DNA of 64,000 nucleotides. Source: Scenedesmus sp. PABB004 (taxonomy: Eukaryota). Each line of letters opens with the position of its first letter. The first letter of the stretch is position 1. The notes under the pieces are model-generated. The model saw nothing but the letters and a program-made list of their open reading frames with translations. It was not told where the DNA came from and made no database searches. Position numbers and translations under genes: made by a program. The stretch lies in NCBI GenBank assembly GCA_014905635.1, contig JABVCE010000014.1, positions 930,001 through 994,000 of the forward strand, given 5' to 3'. This document shows, piece by piece, positions 1 through 12,100 of the stretch.

Positions 1-1766
1 TCCACATGCGCAGCAGCGCGAGCGTGAAGGGCACGAGCTGGTCGCGCGTGACGGCGACGCCGAGGGGCAGGCTCATGATGTTGCGCTTGATGCTGAAGTA
101 GCCGCCCACGAGCACGTTGAACAGCACGCCGCCGGGCGCGCCGGGCGCGGGCACCGCCTCAAACGCGAGGTCGTTGATCTGCGCGGGCGGGGGCGGACCG
201 GGACGGCGGGAGGGCGTGAGGGCGGCGGCGCGAGCGGTTCACAAGGCCGAGCCGGGCAGAAGCGGGCGGCGGTGCCCCCGTGCGCGCGCCTGGGTGTGCG
301 GGAAGTCGTCGCGCGAGGGCGAGATGCAGATGTTGAGCTTGCGCGGCAGGTTGGCAAACTCGGCGTTGCCCGCGCCGCCGTTGAAGAGCGCGTCGTTCAT
401 CTCACGCAGGATGGGGCTGCCCGCAGCGGCGCGGCGCGGCTCGGGGTCAGTCCGCCTGCCGGGCCAGCGGCGCGGCGGCGGCGCAGCCCCGCCCGAGGCG
501 CGCCGGGCAGGCGGCGGCGTTGCGCGGCGGTGCGCGGCGGCGCGGCGGCTCACCGCACGTCGAGCAGCTCGTGCGGGTCGACGCCGGCGATGGGGCTGGA
601 CGTGAGGTTGCGCACGCTGTCCATGCCGCTCTGGATGCTCGACATGCCCCGCGCGATGAGCCCCGCCAGCACCTCATCCGCGTCCTCGAGCCGCACGCCG
701 CGCAGCTGCAGGTTGGCGCGCGTCGTGATGTCGGCGCAGCCGTCGGCGCCGTAGCGCGACACGACCGACGCCGCGTAGCGCAGCTGCTCCGCGCTGACCT
801 CGCCGTTGGGCAGCTGCGCGCGTGCGTGGGTGTGGCCGCGCGTGGCGGGTCAGGTTTGCTTGCGCCGGGGGCGGCGGCCAGACACGCGCCCTGCCCGTTA
901 TTCCTCGCCCCCCTCCCCACCCCTCAGCGCGCGCGCGCCGTCCCTCCCTCAGTGTGTGCGCACCTTGAGTCGCATCATGAAGCGCTGCGGCGTGCGCTTG
1001 CCGCGGTGGAAGAGACCAGCGAACTTCATGCGCACGTCGACGTCGTCGAGGTTGAGCTCCTCCCACGTCGTCGACCCCTCGCGCAGCAGGCGCGCGAGCT
1101 CGGGCACCTCGCTCCACATCGTGCTGCGCGCGTGGTGGTGGTGGTGGGGGGGGGGGGGGGGGGGAGGTGTGAGGGCGTGCGGCACGGCGTACCGCCGGCG
1201 GCGCGCGCGAGAGGTGTGACCGCGCTGTACTGCCGGCAGGCGCGGTATGCTTGCGCCCGCACCGCCCGCGGCCCCGGCGGCGCGCGGCGAGCGCGGCCGG
1301 CGGGCGTGCGGCGGGGGCCCGCCGCGTGTGGTGCGGGCCCTGGCGCCGGGCGCCGCCGCTCCTGCTTGCAGGACTTTGCGCGCACCTGCCGCACTTCTCG
1401 GCCTTGATCTTCTCAAACTTGTTGGCCTTCTTGTCGGTCGCGCGCGCGCGCGCCTCCTCGCTGAGGAACTGCAGCCCGCTCACGGGCGCCGCGGCGGCGC
1501 CGGCGGCGGCGGCCTGCGAGCGGGGCAGCGCGGCGTCGGCGGCGCGCACCCGCAGCACGCGGCGCGCGGCGGCGCCAGCCGCCCGCCGCGCTCGAGGGGA
1601 GCAGGCGCGGGGCGCGGTCTCCGGGTGCGCCCCACCTCGCGCGGCTCGAGCGTGGCGGTGGCCGCCACCCGCAGCCGAGCCGCCCGCGGCGGCGGCGGGG
1701 GCGCGGACCGCGACCAGCGGCGCCCGCGGCGGGCCCGCGGCGCAGGCGCGTCGACGTCGTCTGCAT
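1..1766 (-). CDS. NII1: Ferredoxin-nitrite reductase, plastid (5' part; gene runs off the window start)
   Basis: Spliced exons give KANKFEKIKAEKCG..., DVDVRMKFAGLFHR...FMMRLK|LPNG, GCADITTRANLQLRG, QSGMDSVRNLTSSPIAGVDPHEL, NLPRKLNICIS...HTQ|INDL, FNVLVGGYFSIKR, all plant/algal NiR motifs. Probable ATG at 1766 (MQTTSTRL). A frame discrepancy sits in the transit-peptide region. Confidence 0.95.
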
Positions 1767-2287
1767 GGCGGCGGGCCTGCGCTCAGGCGCGCGGGCTAGC
1801 TGGAGGAGGGCTGCTCGGCGTCGACTCGCGGCGTCGCTGGCGCTCGCAGGGGCTGCACGAGGTCTGGGACGGCGGTAGACTGCGGCTGGGCAGCTCGGGA
1901 GCAGCGAATGACGCGCAGCGCGGCTGCCGCGAAAAGTGACAGCGGCCCCAGGCGCTGGGACCAGGGGCACCAGGCACGAACCGGCGACCGCTCACTTGCG
2001 TCGACGGCGGCCGCGGCACGCCCGAACTCAGGCGACACGTCGCGGCCCCTGGCGCCGCCTGGGCGCGCAGGGACCAGCTGCTGATGGCGCAGCCCGCGCG
2101 CGGGGGGCAGCCCCATCGCTGTTCGCGCCGCGGTCCGCGCCACGCTGCCGTCTGTCCCAGCCGCTGCTCGGTGTAGCCAGCTGCTCGGCACACGGCGAGC
2201 GGCGGCACCAACTCGAGCAGCGCCGCCGCCGCTCGAACTGCGCGGTGCGCGGGCAGACCAGCAGCGCTGATTACCGGCCCCGGCCCC

Positions 2288-3270
2288 TCAGGCGTACCGA
2301 GCCGCCTGCATGAAGCGCAGCGCCGCCAGGCCGCCGAACAGCACCTGCGCGCGCCGGCGGGCGGGCGGCGCGGCACCGGCGGGGTCGGCCGGGTCGGGCA
2401 GCCGCAGCCGCGCGCGCGGCAGGCGCGGCAGGCGCGGCAGGCGCGGCGGGCGCGGCGGTCGCGGCGGGTGCGGCGGCGGCCCGGGTCAGCCGCCGCCCGT
2501 GCCTGGACGCAGCAGAAGCCCAGCGATATCGCGTTGAGCAGCACCTCCACCTTGAGCCTGCGCGGCCAGCGGGGCGGCGAGGCGGTGTGGCGCGCGCGCG
2601 CCGCCTGGCCGCCGCCTGGCCGCGCGCGCCGCCGCGCCGGCTCACACGTAGGTCTGGAATCTTAGGAAGTAGACAAAGAACGCGACCATGGGCGCGGCGA
2701 GCAGCACGCTCAAGCTGAGCGGCCCCGACGCCTCGACCTTGTTGCCCTTTGAGCCTGCGGGCGGCGTGCGCCGGTCGCGGCCGCCGCCGCCGCCTGAGCG
2801 AGGCCGAGCACGTCGCCCCCGCTGCAGGGAGCAGCCGCGCACCCAGGAAGAGGCGCGCCGGCTCGACGAGCAGAAAGAGCCAGAGGACCGCAAACTCGGC
2901 GCCAAACTTGGCGCGCGGGTAGGGCAGCGTGAGGCCTGCGGCGGCGCGGCGGCGGCCCCGTGCCGGTGCTGCTGTTGCTGTTACCAGAGACAGAGCTGCC
3001 GGCGCCTGCGGGCACGCACCCTTGTAGATGAAGACGGCGACGCTGACCGCCCAGAAGAACGCGTCCCACCAGCATCCAAAGTACAGGAACACTTGCAGCG
3101 GCAGCGACGTGAGGATGGGCCGGCTGCGCGCCGTGTCTGGGCGGGGGCGGGCCGGGATCGGGGCGCAGCACGACCAGCGCGGCGGCCACGACAGCAGCGG
3201 CGCCGCCGCTGTGCCCGCCGCGCCGCACCGGTCGCGGGCGCGGGCGCGGCCCGGGCTCACCGTGCATCAT
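2288..3270 (-). CDS. TMEM216: TMEM216/TMEM17-family ciliary transition-zone membrane protein
   Basis: Six phase-compatible exons: MMH-DTARSRPILTSLPLQVFLYF...YKG-LTLPYP...EPARLFLG-SKGNKVE...FLRFQTYV-LKVE...VLFGGLAALRFMQAARYA*. The LPYP, RLFLGSKGN and QTYVL motifs are typical of Transmemb_17. Confidence 0.85.
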
Positions 3271-3622
3271 GGCGCCGCGTGGCACGGCGCAGCACGCGCG
3301 GGGCCGCGGTTTCTGCTCGTTCGTGGGGCGCAGGCGCGGCGGTCAGAGATGGCGTCGGCGAGACAGCGGCCCCCTGCGCCTGGCGCTGACAGCTCTGACG
3401 CGGCGGGCGGTCGTGCCGATCTGTGCTTGCGAGCGAGGGGTCGGGAGGAGCAGGCGCCACGCAGGGTGCGCACGCGGGTCTCAGCGGCGGCCGGCGCCTC
3501 GCTGCAGCGCACGCGTTGCAAGCGCCCGCCGGCCCGGCCCCGCAGCTTGTCTCAGCTGCTCTCCCAAGCGGTCCAGCAGGTGGGCATGCGCCGCAGCCCG
3601 CCGCGCAGCGTGCGACCGCCGC

Positions 3623-4052
3623 CTAGCTGCCCCCCGCCGGTGCCGCTGCGACCTCCGCGACCGCTCCGCCGGCCACGCCCGCGCCGCCGCCGCCGGCGGC
3701 CGCCGTGGGGCAGTCGCGCTGCAGCGCCGCGGCCACGCGGCTCTGGATGAGCCGCACCATGAGCGGGTCGATGCCTGCGGCGCCGCGCGGCGGCGGCGTG
3801 CTGCGCTCGGAGCGCCACGCCGCGCGCGCCGCCGTGCGTCCTGCGAGCCCGCGCGCGCGCGCGCGCACCGATGGGCTCCGCGACGCTGCAGGCGACGCCC
3901 GGGAACTGCTCGCGCGCCTCGTCGACGAGGCGGGGGATGTCGTCCTGGATGTGGCGGCCGCGGGAGAGGAAGTACGGCGCGACCACGACGCGCCGCGCGC
4001 CCGCGGCCACGCACTTGCCTGGGTTGAGGCGCGGCGGGGGGCGGCGCCGTGA

Positions 4053-4104
<52 letters not shown>

Positions 4105-4522
4105 GGCACGCCCAGGGCTGGGCGAGGCGCGGCGCGGCGTCGCCCGCACCGATGGCTTGCGCGATGCTAGGCTCCGCGATCTCCATGTGCGCCGGCTCGA
4201 CCACCGCCACGCCGGTGAGGGCGCGGTAGAGGGCGCAAAACTCCACCAGCGCGTCGTTCGACGCGGCGCGCCGGCTGCCGTGGTCGACCACGACGACCGC
4301 GCAGTCGCACGCCGCCTCGCCGCACGGCGCCGCCGCCGCGGCGGCCGCGCCAAGGCCCGCCGAGCGCGTCAGGCTGCTGCGGCACCGCGAGGGAGCCGGA
4401 CGCAGCAGCTGCGCCGGCCAGGGGCGCGCGGCGCCAGCGGCGGCCGGCGCGGCAGCGCCGCTGCTGCGCGCCGGCCCGCGCCCGCGCGGCCGCATGGGCC
4501 GCGCCTTTGCGGCGGCCTGCAT
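3623..4522 (-). CDS. SIRB: Sirohydrochlorin ferrochelatase (SirB/CbiX), siroheme synthesis
   Basis: VVVDHGSRRAASN, EPAHMEIAEPSI, VVAPYFLSRGRHIQDDIP and AEPIGIDPLM across three exons. ATG at 4522 begins an Arg/Ala-rich presequence. Confidence 0.93.
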
Positions 4523-4927
4523 GCCTGGGCCTGCACTGGCTGCGGAGGAGAGCCTGCCGGGCCGCGCCTGGGCGGCTGGCCGCGCTGAAGGGCGGGCGAT
4601 GGCCGGGCGGGCGCCCACGCAGCACGCACTGGGGCAGGGGCGGCAGCTCGAGCGCCTGGGTGGACTGGAGTGGGCCATCGCCGGCGTGGGGCTGTGCGAG
4701 CGGGACACCGCTGGACCCCGGCGGCGCAGGCTCCCAGCTTGCAGGGGGGCCACTGCGGGCGCCCTGCGAGTTCCCGCCACATCGCATTCGGTCGGCCGCT
4801 TGGCGCTGCGTCTGGAGGAGAGCTGCCGCCGGCTGCCGCTTCCTCGGCACACCGCGCGCCGCGCGCCGCCGCTGCTGTCGGATTGGGCGCGCAAGGCCCA
4901 ATCCACGCCGGCCGCGCCGCGGCAGCT
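4401..4927. repeat. Inverted repeat copy A (sirB 5' coding end plus most of the sirB/MOT1 intergenic region)
   Basis: Its reverse complement aligns by eye along its whole length with 6705-7233, with scattered substitutions and small indels. Confidence 0.97.
4880..4904. promoter_or_regulatory. Palindromic double CCAAT element in the divergent sirB/MOT1 promoter
   Basis: ggattgggc-gcgcaag-gcccaatcc has CCAAT on both strands and a GGCCCA motif. It is retained in copy B (6729-6754). Function is inferred. Confidence 0.4.
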
Positions 4928-4982
4928 CGCGGCTTGAGCAGAGGCAACAGCAGCACGGGGAGCATCTCCAGCAGCTGCTGTG

Positions 4983-6680
4983 ATGGCAGAGGTGCAGCTC
5001 GGCGGCGACGGTGGCACGCCGCCGCCGCCGCCGCACGCGCCGCCGCCGCATGCGCCGCGTCGCCGCTGGCTGGCCGAGGCGAGCGGCGCGGTCGGCGACC
5101 TGGGCACGTTCCTGCCGCTGGTCGTCGCGCTCGCGGCGGGTGCGCACCTGGACCTCGGCACTACGCTGGCTTTCTCTGGCCTTTACAACATCGCGTCCGG
5201 CTGGGGCTTTGGCATCCCCATGTGCGTGCAGCCGATGAAGACCATCGCCGCGGTTGCGCTCACGACGCCAGGTGCGCGCGGGGCAGTGCGCGGCGCGCGA
5301 CACCGCCGCTCGGCAGTTCCCGCGCGCGGCCCACACGCTCGCCGCCTGACCGCCACCGCGGGCGTGCAGGGCTGACGCTGCCGGAGGCGATGGCGGCGGG
5401 GCTGTTTGTGTCAGGCGTCATGCTGCTCCTTGGCCTCACAGGTGGGCATGGCCGCAGAAGCGGCGGCGGCAGCAGCCGCCGCCGGCAGCCCGCGGCCCGA
5501 GCGCCGCGCCCCGCGGCGCGCAGGCGCGATGGGCCTGGTGCATGCCCTCGTCCCCACCAGCATCGTGCGCGGCATCCAGCTGGCGGTGGGGCTGGGCCTG
5601 GCCAAGAAGGTGCGGGGTGCGGGGGCGCCGCGACAGGCGCGCGCGCGGCGCAGCCGGCCCGCCGAGCCCGGGCGCGCTCACCGGCCGCCCCCGCCCACGC
5701 CGCAGGGCATCGCGCAGGCACTGCAGGACGCGCAGGGCCGGCGGCGGCCGTGGGGCGGCGCCGAGGGCCTGCTGCTGGGCCTGGCGGCGCTCGGATTCCT
5801 GCTGGTGACGACCGCCTCGCCAGCGCTGGCGGCGGCCGAGCAGCCGCAGGCCGCGGCGGCAGCGGAGGCGCAGGAGGGCGGCGACGAGGAGCAGCAGCGC
5901 CTGGTCGGTGACGCGTCGCCGCGGCGGCGGCGGCCTCCGCAGCAGGAGCCGGCGCCGGGGGCGTGCGAGGGCGGCGGCGGCAGCGGCGTGCCGTCTGCGC
6001 TTCTGGTGGTCGCCGCCGGGCTGGTGCTCGCACCCGTCACCCACCCAGAGGTGCTGCGCAGCCTGCGGCTGGGGCCAAGCGTGCCGCGCCTCGTGCTGCC
6101 GACCTGGGCGGACTGGAAGGCAGGCGTGCTGCGCGCCGGGGTCGCGCAACTGCCGTTGACGAGCCTGAACAGCGTGGTCGCGGTGTCGCAGCTCGCGCTG
6201 CAGCTCTTCCCCGAGCGCGCCGCGCGCGACGGCGCGCGGTGGGCGCCCGGCGTCGTCGCCGCGAGCGTGGGCGCGATGAACTTGGTCGGCTGCTGGTGGG
6301 GCGCGTGGCCCTGCTGCCACGGCTCCGGCGGCCTCGCCGCGCAGTTCAAGTTTGGCGCCCGCACCGGGGCAGCGCCGGTCATGCTCGGGTGCGCTAAGAT
6401 CTTGCTGGCGCTCACCTTTGGCAGCTCACTGCTCGCGCTGCTGCAGCTCTTCCCAGGGCCGCTGCTGGGGGCGATGCTGGCGCTGGCGGGCCTCGAGCTC
6501 GCCGGCGCGGCGCGTGCCGAGGCGGCGTCCGGCGGCGCGGGCGGCTTCGGGTCCTGCCTCCTCACCGCTGCGGCGATCCTGGGCCTCGGCGACACGGCGT
6601 CCGGCACGGCCGTGGGGCTGGCCGGCCACGCCGCGGTCGCGGCCATGCAGCGGCGACGCCAGCGGGCGTGCAAGCTGTGA
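4983..6680 (+). CDS. MOT1: Molybdate transporter, MOT1 family
   Basis: EASGAVGDLGTFLP, GIPMCVQPMKTIAAVAL, GIQLAVGL, QLPLTSLNSVVAV and PCCHGSGGLAAQFKFGARTG. Four exons with GT-AG introns. Confidence 0.95.
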
Positions 6681-6704
6681 CGATTCTGGCAAGTAATTCA
6701 CCCC

Positions 6705-7233
6705 AGCTGCCGCGGGCGCGGCCGGCGTGGATTGGGCCTTGCGCGCCCCAATCCGACAGCAGCGGCGGCGCGCGGCGCGCGGTGTGTCGAGGAAGCGGCA
6801 GCCGGCGGCAGCTCTCCTCCAGACGCAGCGCCAAGCGGCCGACCGACTCCGACACGGCGGGGAGCTCGCGGTGGCCCCCTGCAAGCTTGGGAGCCCTGCG
6901 CCGCCGCCGGGGTCCAGCGGCGTCCTGCTCGCACGACCCCGCGCCGGCGATGCCCAACCCACTCCACCAGTCCACCCAGGCGCTGGAGGTGCCGCCCCAG
7001 CCCCAGTGCGCGTCGCGTGGGCGCCCCGGCGTGGCCATCGCCCGCCCAGCGCGGCCAGCCGCCCAGGCGCGGCCGGGCAGGCTCTCCCTCGCAGCCGGTG
7101 CAGGCCCAGGCATGCAGGCCGCCGCAACGGCGCGGCCCATGCGGCCGCGCGGGCGCGGGCGGGCGTGCAGCAGCGGCGGCGCCGGGCCGGCCGCCGCCGG
7201 CGCCGCGTGCCCCTGGCCGGCGCAGCTGCTGCG
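6705..7233. repeat. Inverted repeat copy B (upstream region plus first 41 codons of the SET gene)
   Basis: Reverse complement of 4401-4927. Starts 25 bp after the MOT1 stop codon. Confidence 0.97.
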
Positions 7234-8904
7234 CGCCTCCGCGGCCGCGCCGAGCGCCGCCGAGACGGCGCCCACGGCGCTGCTGAACAACCTGTTTGAG
7301 GACCTGCTGGACAAGCTCGACATCGAGCGCCGCGTCGCGCTCGCCGACGCGCCGACCGGCGGCATCGGCCTCGTCGCGGCCGCGCCGATCGCGGCCGGCG
7401 AGACCGTGCTGCGCGTGCCGCGCGGCCTCTGCATCGCGATCGACAACGCCGACGGCAGCCTCACCATCCCCGGCGGCGACTGGCCGCGGCTCAGCGGCGG
7501 CGTGATGCAGCCGGGCGAGCCGCTCACCTGTGCGTCGCCGCCGCCGCTGCGGGCGCCGCGGGCGCCGCCGCCGCTCCCCGCCGGCGTGCGGCTCACGCCC
7601 CCGCGGCACGCGCGCATCCATCCATCCCCCGCTCTCACCCCAGGGGACGTGCTGCAGGCGCTCGCGCTCATGGACGCCACGGCGGGGGACGGCGACCCGC
7701 TGTGGGAGCTCATCGCAGACCACCTGCTGCCGCCGCCCGAGGCGCTCACGCTGCCGATGTGCTGGCCGGACGAGCTGCTCGACGAGCTGCAGCACCCGGC
7801 CATCGCCGACGCCGCGCGGCAGCAGCAGGCGCGGCGCGGCGCGGCGCGGGGCCCGGCGGGCACGCGCGGGCGCCGCCGCCGCGCGAGCGCGGGCGGCGCC
7901 CTGATCGCCCCCCCCCCCCCTCCTCCCCTCGCAGGCGCGCCTGCGCGGCCTGCTGCCGGCGGAGTACATGGACCCCATTGAGCCGGGCCTGCCCTCGTAC
8001 CTGCAGTGGGGCTTTGCCTGCGTGCGCAGCCGCGCGCTGCAGGTCGGCCCGCAGGCGTTTGGCATGGTGCCCTTTGCCGACATCGCAAACCACGCCGACG
8101 ACCCGACCGCCGACATCGCCGCTTCGTCGGCGCCGGCAGCGCCGCCGGCCGGCGCGGACGCTGGCGCTGCGCCCGCGGAGACGTCCGCGGCGGGCGGCTG
8201 GGTGGAGCTGGTCGCGCGGCGCGACCTGTCGGCGGGGGAGGAGGTGACGATCAGCTACAGCGGGCCGGGCGGCTACACCAACCAGCGCTGGATGGCGCAG
8301 TATGGCTTCGTGCCCGCCGGCGGCAACGTGGCGGACCGCCTCGACCTCGCGATCCCCGAAGGGTGCGGGCCGCCGCGCGCTGCCGCTCGCGCGTCTCCGT
8401 GCTGCCCGCGGCGGCGGCGCTGCGCGGCGAGGCGCCGGGCTGCGAGCGCCGTCGCGACGCCGCGCATGCCGCAGGCTGTCCGGCGCGACGCTGCGGCTGA
8501 GCCACGTCGAGGAGGCGCTGGGCATGGGGCTGCTGCTCGAGGCGGCCAAGGGGGCAAACCCGTACCTCATTGCTGCGCTGCGCTCGCTGCCACTCGACGC
8601 GGACGACGTGGGCGGCAGCGACATCGGCGGCGCGTCCGGCGGCGCGCCCGGCGGCGGCGGGCGCGGCATGGCGCCCGCGAGCGCGCAGGAGCGGCAGCTC
8701 GCGGGCGCGCTGCTGGAGCAGGTCACGGGGCAGCTGGCGGCGGCCGGGAGCAGCCTGGCGGACGACGAGGCGGCGCTCGCAGCGCTCAACGCCGCGCCCG
8801 GCGGCGGCGACCTGCGGCGCCGCGCGGCGCTGCGCTACCGCGCGGAGCGCAAGAAGCTGCTCGCGGCAGCACAGGTCGTGCTCGGCGTCTTTGTGCGCGA
8901 CTGA
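7112..8904 (+). CDS. SET-domain methyltransferase, Rubisco LSMT/SETD3-like, probably organelle-targeted
   Basis: GGIGLVAAAPIAAGETVLRVP, WGFACVRSRA, MVPFADIANH, RDLSAGEEVTISY, YGFVPAGGNVAD, and a C-terminal SSLADDE...AALRYRAERKKLL substrate-binding region. Confidence 0.88.
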
Positions 8905-9174
8905 GCGGAGGGTGTGCGTGGCGGGCGCGGCGGTTCTGAGGCGGTTCTTCGCCAACCTTGCCGCCGCACGGCGGCGCGCCGCCACGGTAACCACACGCGC
9001 ATTGGGCGTTTCCCGGCGTGCGCAGCCCCCGGACTCGCTCGGCGCCAGCAGCGTGGTCCGCGGGCGCGGCACGGTTCACGGCGCCGCTGCTGGCCGATGC
9101 AGTCGCCTCGCGCTGCGGCGCGGCCTGCAGCGCTGAGTGCGTGTAGCTCAGCGCGTTTGACGCGTCCAGGAGGC

Positions 9175-12100
9175 ATGGCGGCGCCGGGAGCGAGCCGCAG
9201 CCGCGGTGGCGGCGCCAGCTGCGCGCCACCGCCGCCAGCCGCGCCGCTCACGCCGCGCCGCTACCAGGCGGAGTTGATCGACCAGATCCAGCTCCTCGCT
9301 GCCTCTGGGACCAACGTGAGCGAACGAAGAACTCGGCGAGCGCTGCCTGCGCCCGGCCGCCCCTGACTCGCGCCGCCGCGCGCAGGCGCTGGTCGCGCTG
9401 CCGACGGGCGCGGGCAAGACGCTGATCGCCGCCGAGGTGCTGCGCGCGCGCCTGCCGGCGCTGCGCGCGGAGCGGCGCGCCGCGGTCTTCCTCGCACCCA
9501 CCAAGCCGCTGGTCAATCAGGTGCAGCCGTGACGCGCGCGCGCGCGCCCTGGGTGCCTGGCCCGCCGCTGCGCCTCGCCCCACGCGCGCGCCGCCGTCGC
9601 AGCAAGCGGCCGTGGTGCTGGCGGGGCAGCACGGGCTGGCGGCCAGGGCCTTCACCGGCGACTCGGGCGGGGCGGGCACGAGCACGTGGACGCGCGAGCG
9701 CTGGGCCCGGGAGCTCGCGGACGTGGAGGTCCTGGTGGCGACGCCGGAGCTGCTGCTGCACGTGCTCGCGCATGGCATGATGACGGTGCGCCGCCGGCCC
9801 GCCGCCTCGGCGGCCGCTAGGCTGCCCGGCCCGCCTGCGTCCCGGGCCGCCCAGCGCTTCTGCCCACGCGCCGCCGCCTCACCGCCGCCTCGCGGCCTTG
9901 CCGCCGCCACCGATGTCCCGCGGCAGATGCGGGACATCGGCCTGCTGGTGCTGGACGAGGCGCACCACGCCGGGTGGGCTGTGGCGTCACGGCGGCTGGC
10001 GGCTTGCTCTGCCCGGCCCTGCTGCGCGCCGCTCGCGCCCGCGCCGCCCTGCCGCTCACGCCCGGCCCACGCCCCACGCCGCCCCGCACCGCCGCACGCC
10101 GGGGCGGCCCATATCTCTCTCTGCACCGCGCCAGGGCGGGGGATCACCCCTACGCTCAGCTGCTGGAGGACTTTTACGCCACAGCTCCGGTCGACGCGCG
10201 CCCGCAGGTCCTCGCCCTCACAGCCTCGCCCGAGGGCCTGGGCGGCGGCGGCGGCCGCAAGCGGCGCGCTCGCGTGGACCTGCAGCAGCGGCTGGACGCG
10301 CGCCTGCTCACCGTCGCGGAGCACCTCTGGTGCGGGGCTCGGGCGCCGGGCGCGCCTGCTGCTGGGCGCGGCGCCGCGCGACGGCGCCGCCTGCCGTGCC
10401 GCAGGCCCGAGCTCGAGGCGGCGGTGCCCATGCCGGCCAACGTGGAGGTGCCGTACGCCGACGACGACCCCGCCTGGGCGGAGCACGCGGGCCTGGCGGA
10501 GGCGGGGGACGAGCTCAGCCTCGCACTGGAGGAGCTGCTCGGCCCCGCCAAGCGGTGAGGGAGAGGTCCGGGGGCCGCTGCGGCACGGCGGGCCAGCACA
10601 GCCCGGCGGCGGGCCAGCGCAGCCCGCGCTGTACGCCGCCGCGCTGCAGGTGCCAGGAGGTGCTGTCCCAGCTGCAGCGCCAGGCCGCGCTGGTGGCGGC
10701 GGGCGACCTGGACGTATCGGCTGAGGACGCCGCATCGCTGGCGTACTTTGACCATGACGTCAGCGGCTTCGGCTCACTGGCGCTGCTGGACAGACAGGCG
10801 CGGCTCGGCGTCAGCAGCCTGCCCCCCCCCCCCACCCACCCCACGGCGCCCGCCGTGTGAGCCGCTGACCGCGCCGCCGGCCCGCGCAGGTACGCGGTGT
10901 GCGCTCATGCCTGGCGGAGCTGGGCCCCTGGCCGGCGGCGGCGGCGGCGGCGCTCGACCTCCTGGCGGAGCGGCCAGAGGGCGGCGGCGACGCGGACGAC
11001 GGTGACGGCAACGCGGGCGCCGGCCGCCTACCCGAGGAGGGGCGCGACGACGACGATGAAGGCAGCGGCGGCGAGGGCGTCGACTCAGAGGGTGGCGGCA
11101 CGCTCGGGGGCATGGTTGACCTGGAGTTGGCCAAGCTCCTCTCAGTGGACGACCTGGGCGCGGCGCCGGGCGAGCTGCTCGTCAAGCTGGGGTGAGCGCC
11201 CGCCCGCGCACATGCAGCGCCGGCGGCGCGCGCGTCACGTCAACAGCCGCACGGCTGGGCGTCACACCCCACCCCACCGCGCCGCCTGCGCGCAGACTGG
11301 ACCTGATCTCCATCCGCACTTGGCTGTGCGACGCCGCCACGGGCATGCCCGGCGTCGTCCCGCCGCAGCGCCTGCGCACCGCGCTCGACGCGGCGGGCGA
11401 CCCGCGGCCCGACTGGTTTGACGCCGCCGCGCTCGCGACCGCGGCGTCGGCGCTGCTGGAGCTGGTGGACGCCACGGCCGCGCTGCTCGTGCTGCACGTG
11501 CTGGCGGGCCTGCTGGTGCCCGCGCGGCGCGACGTGCTGCTGGCGGACACGGCGCAGCAGGGCGTCCGCCCCCGCGCGCGCGCCGCCGGGCTCCTGGCCA
11601 GCGCCGGCGCGGCGCTGCTGGCTGCATTCCCGTTCAGCACGCTGCAGGCAGCGGTGCGCCGGCCGCGTGCCGCCGTGCCGCGCGCGGTGCAGCCCGCGGC
11701 CCAGCGCTCACGCGCCGCCGCGCCGCCGCGCCCGCGCCAGGTGTGGCCAGAGCTGCCCGCAAGCCGGGGCGCGCCCGCGTGGCGCGAGCCGCCGCTGCTC
11801 AGCCCCAAGGTCGTCACGCTGCTGCGCGTGCTGGCGGACAAGAGCGCCGCGGCGGGGCAGGGCGGCAGGGACTGGGCGGCGATCGTCTTCGTCGACACCA
11901 AGGCACGCCGGGCGGGGATCCCGGTTCTTGCGCCGTGCCGCGCCGCCCCACGTAGCCCCTGCGCGCCTCACACGCCGACCCGCGCGTTGCGCTGCCGCTC
12001 GCAGCTGGCCGCGCTTGTGTTGACGATGCTGCTGCGCAGCTGCCCCGACGTGCGCGGCAAGCTGCGCGCGGCGCACCTAGTCGGCGACACCGAGCCCGGC

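Noticed and set aside
1205..1315. Two hairpins followed by ACA in a long NiR intron, as an H/ACA snoRNA
   Set aside because: No ANANNA H box, and such stems arise easily at this GC content.
1690..1766. Frame breaks in the NiR presequence (also RRM gene near 55335 and Dicer near 14740) as programmed frameshifts or pseudogenes
   Set aside because: They fall in low-complexity GC runs of otherwise intact genes. Assembly indels are the simpler explanation, pending read data.
4401..7233. The inverted repeats as transposon terminal repeats
   Set aside because: No transposase or target-site duplication seen. The repeats consist of host promoter and coding sequence.
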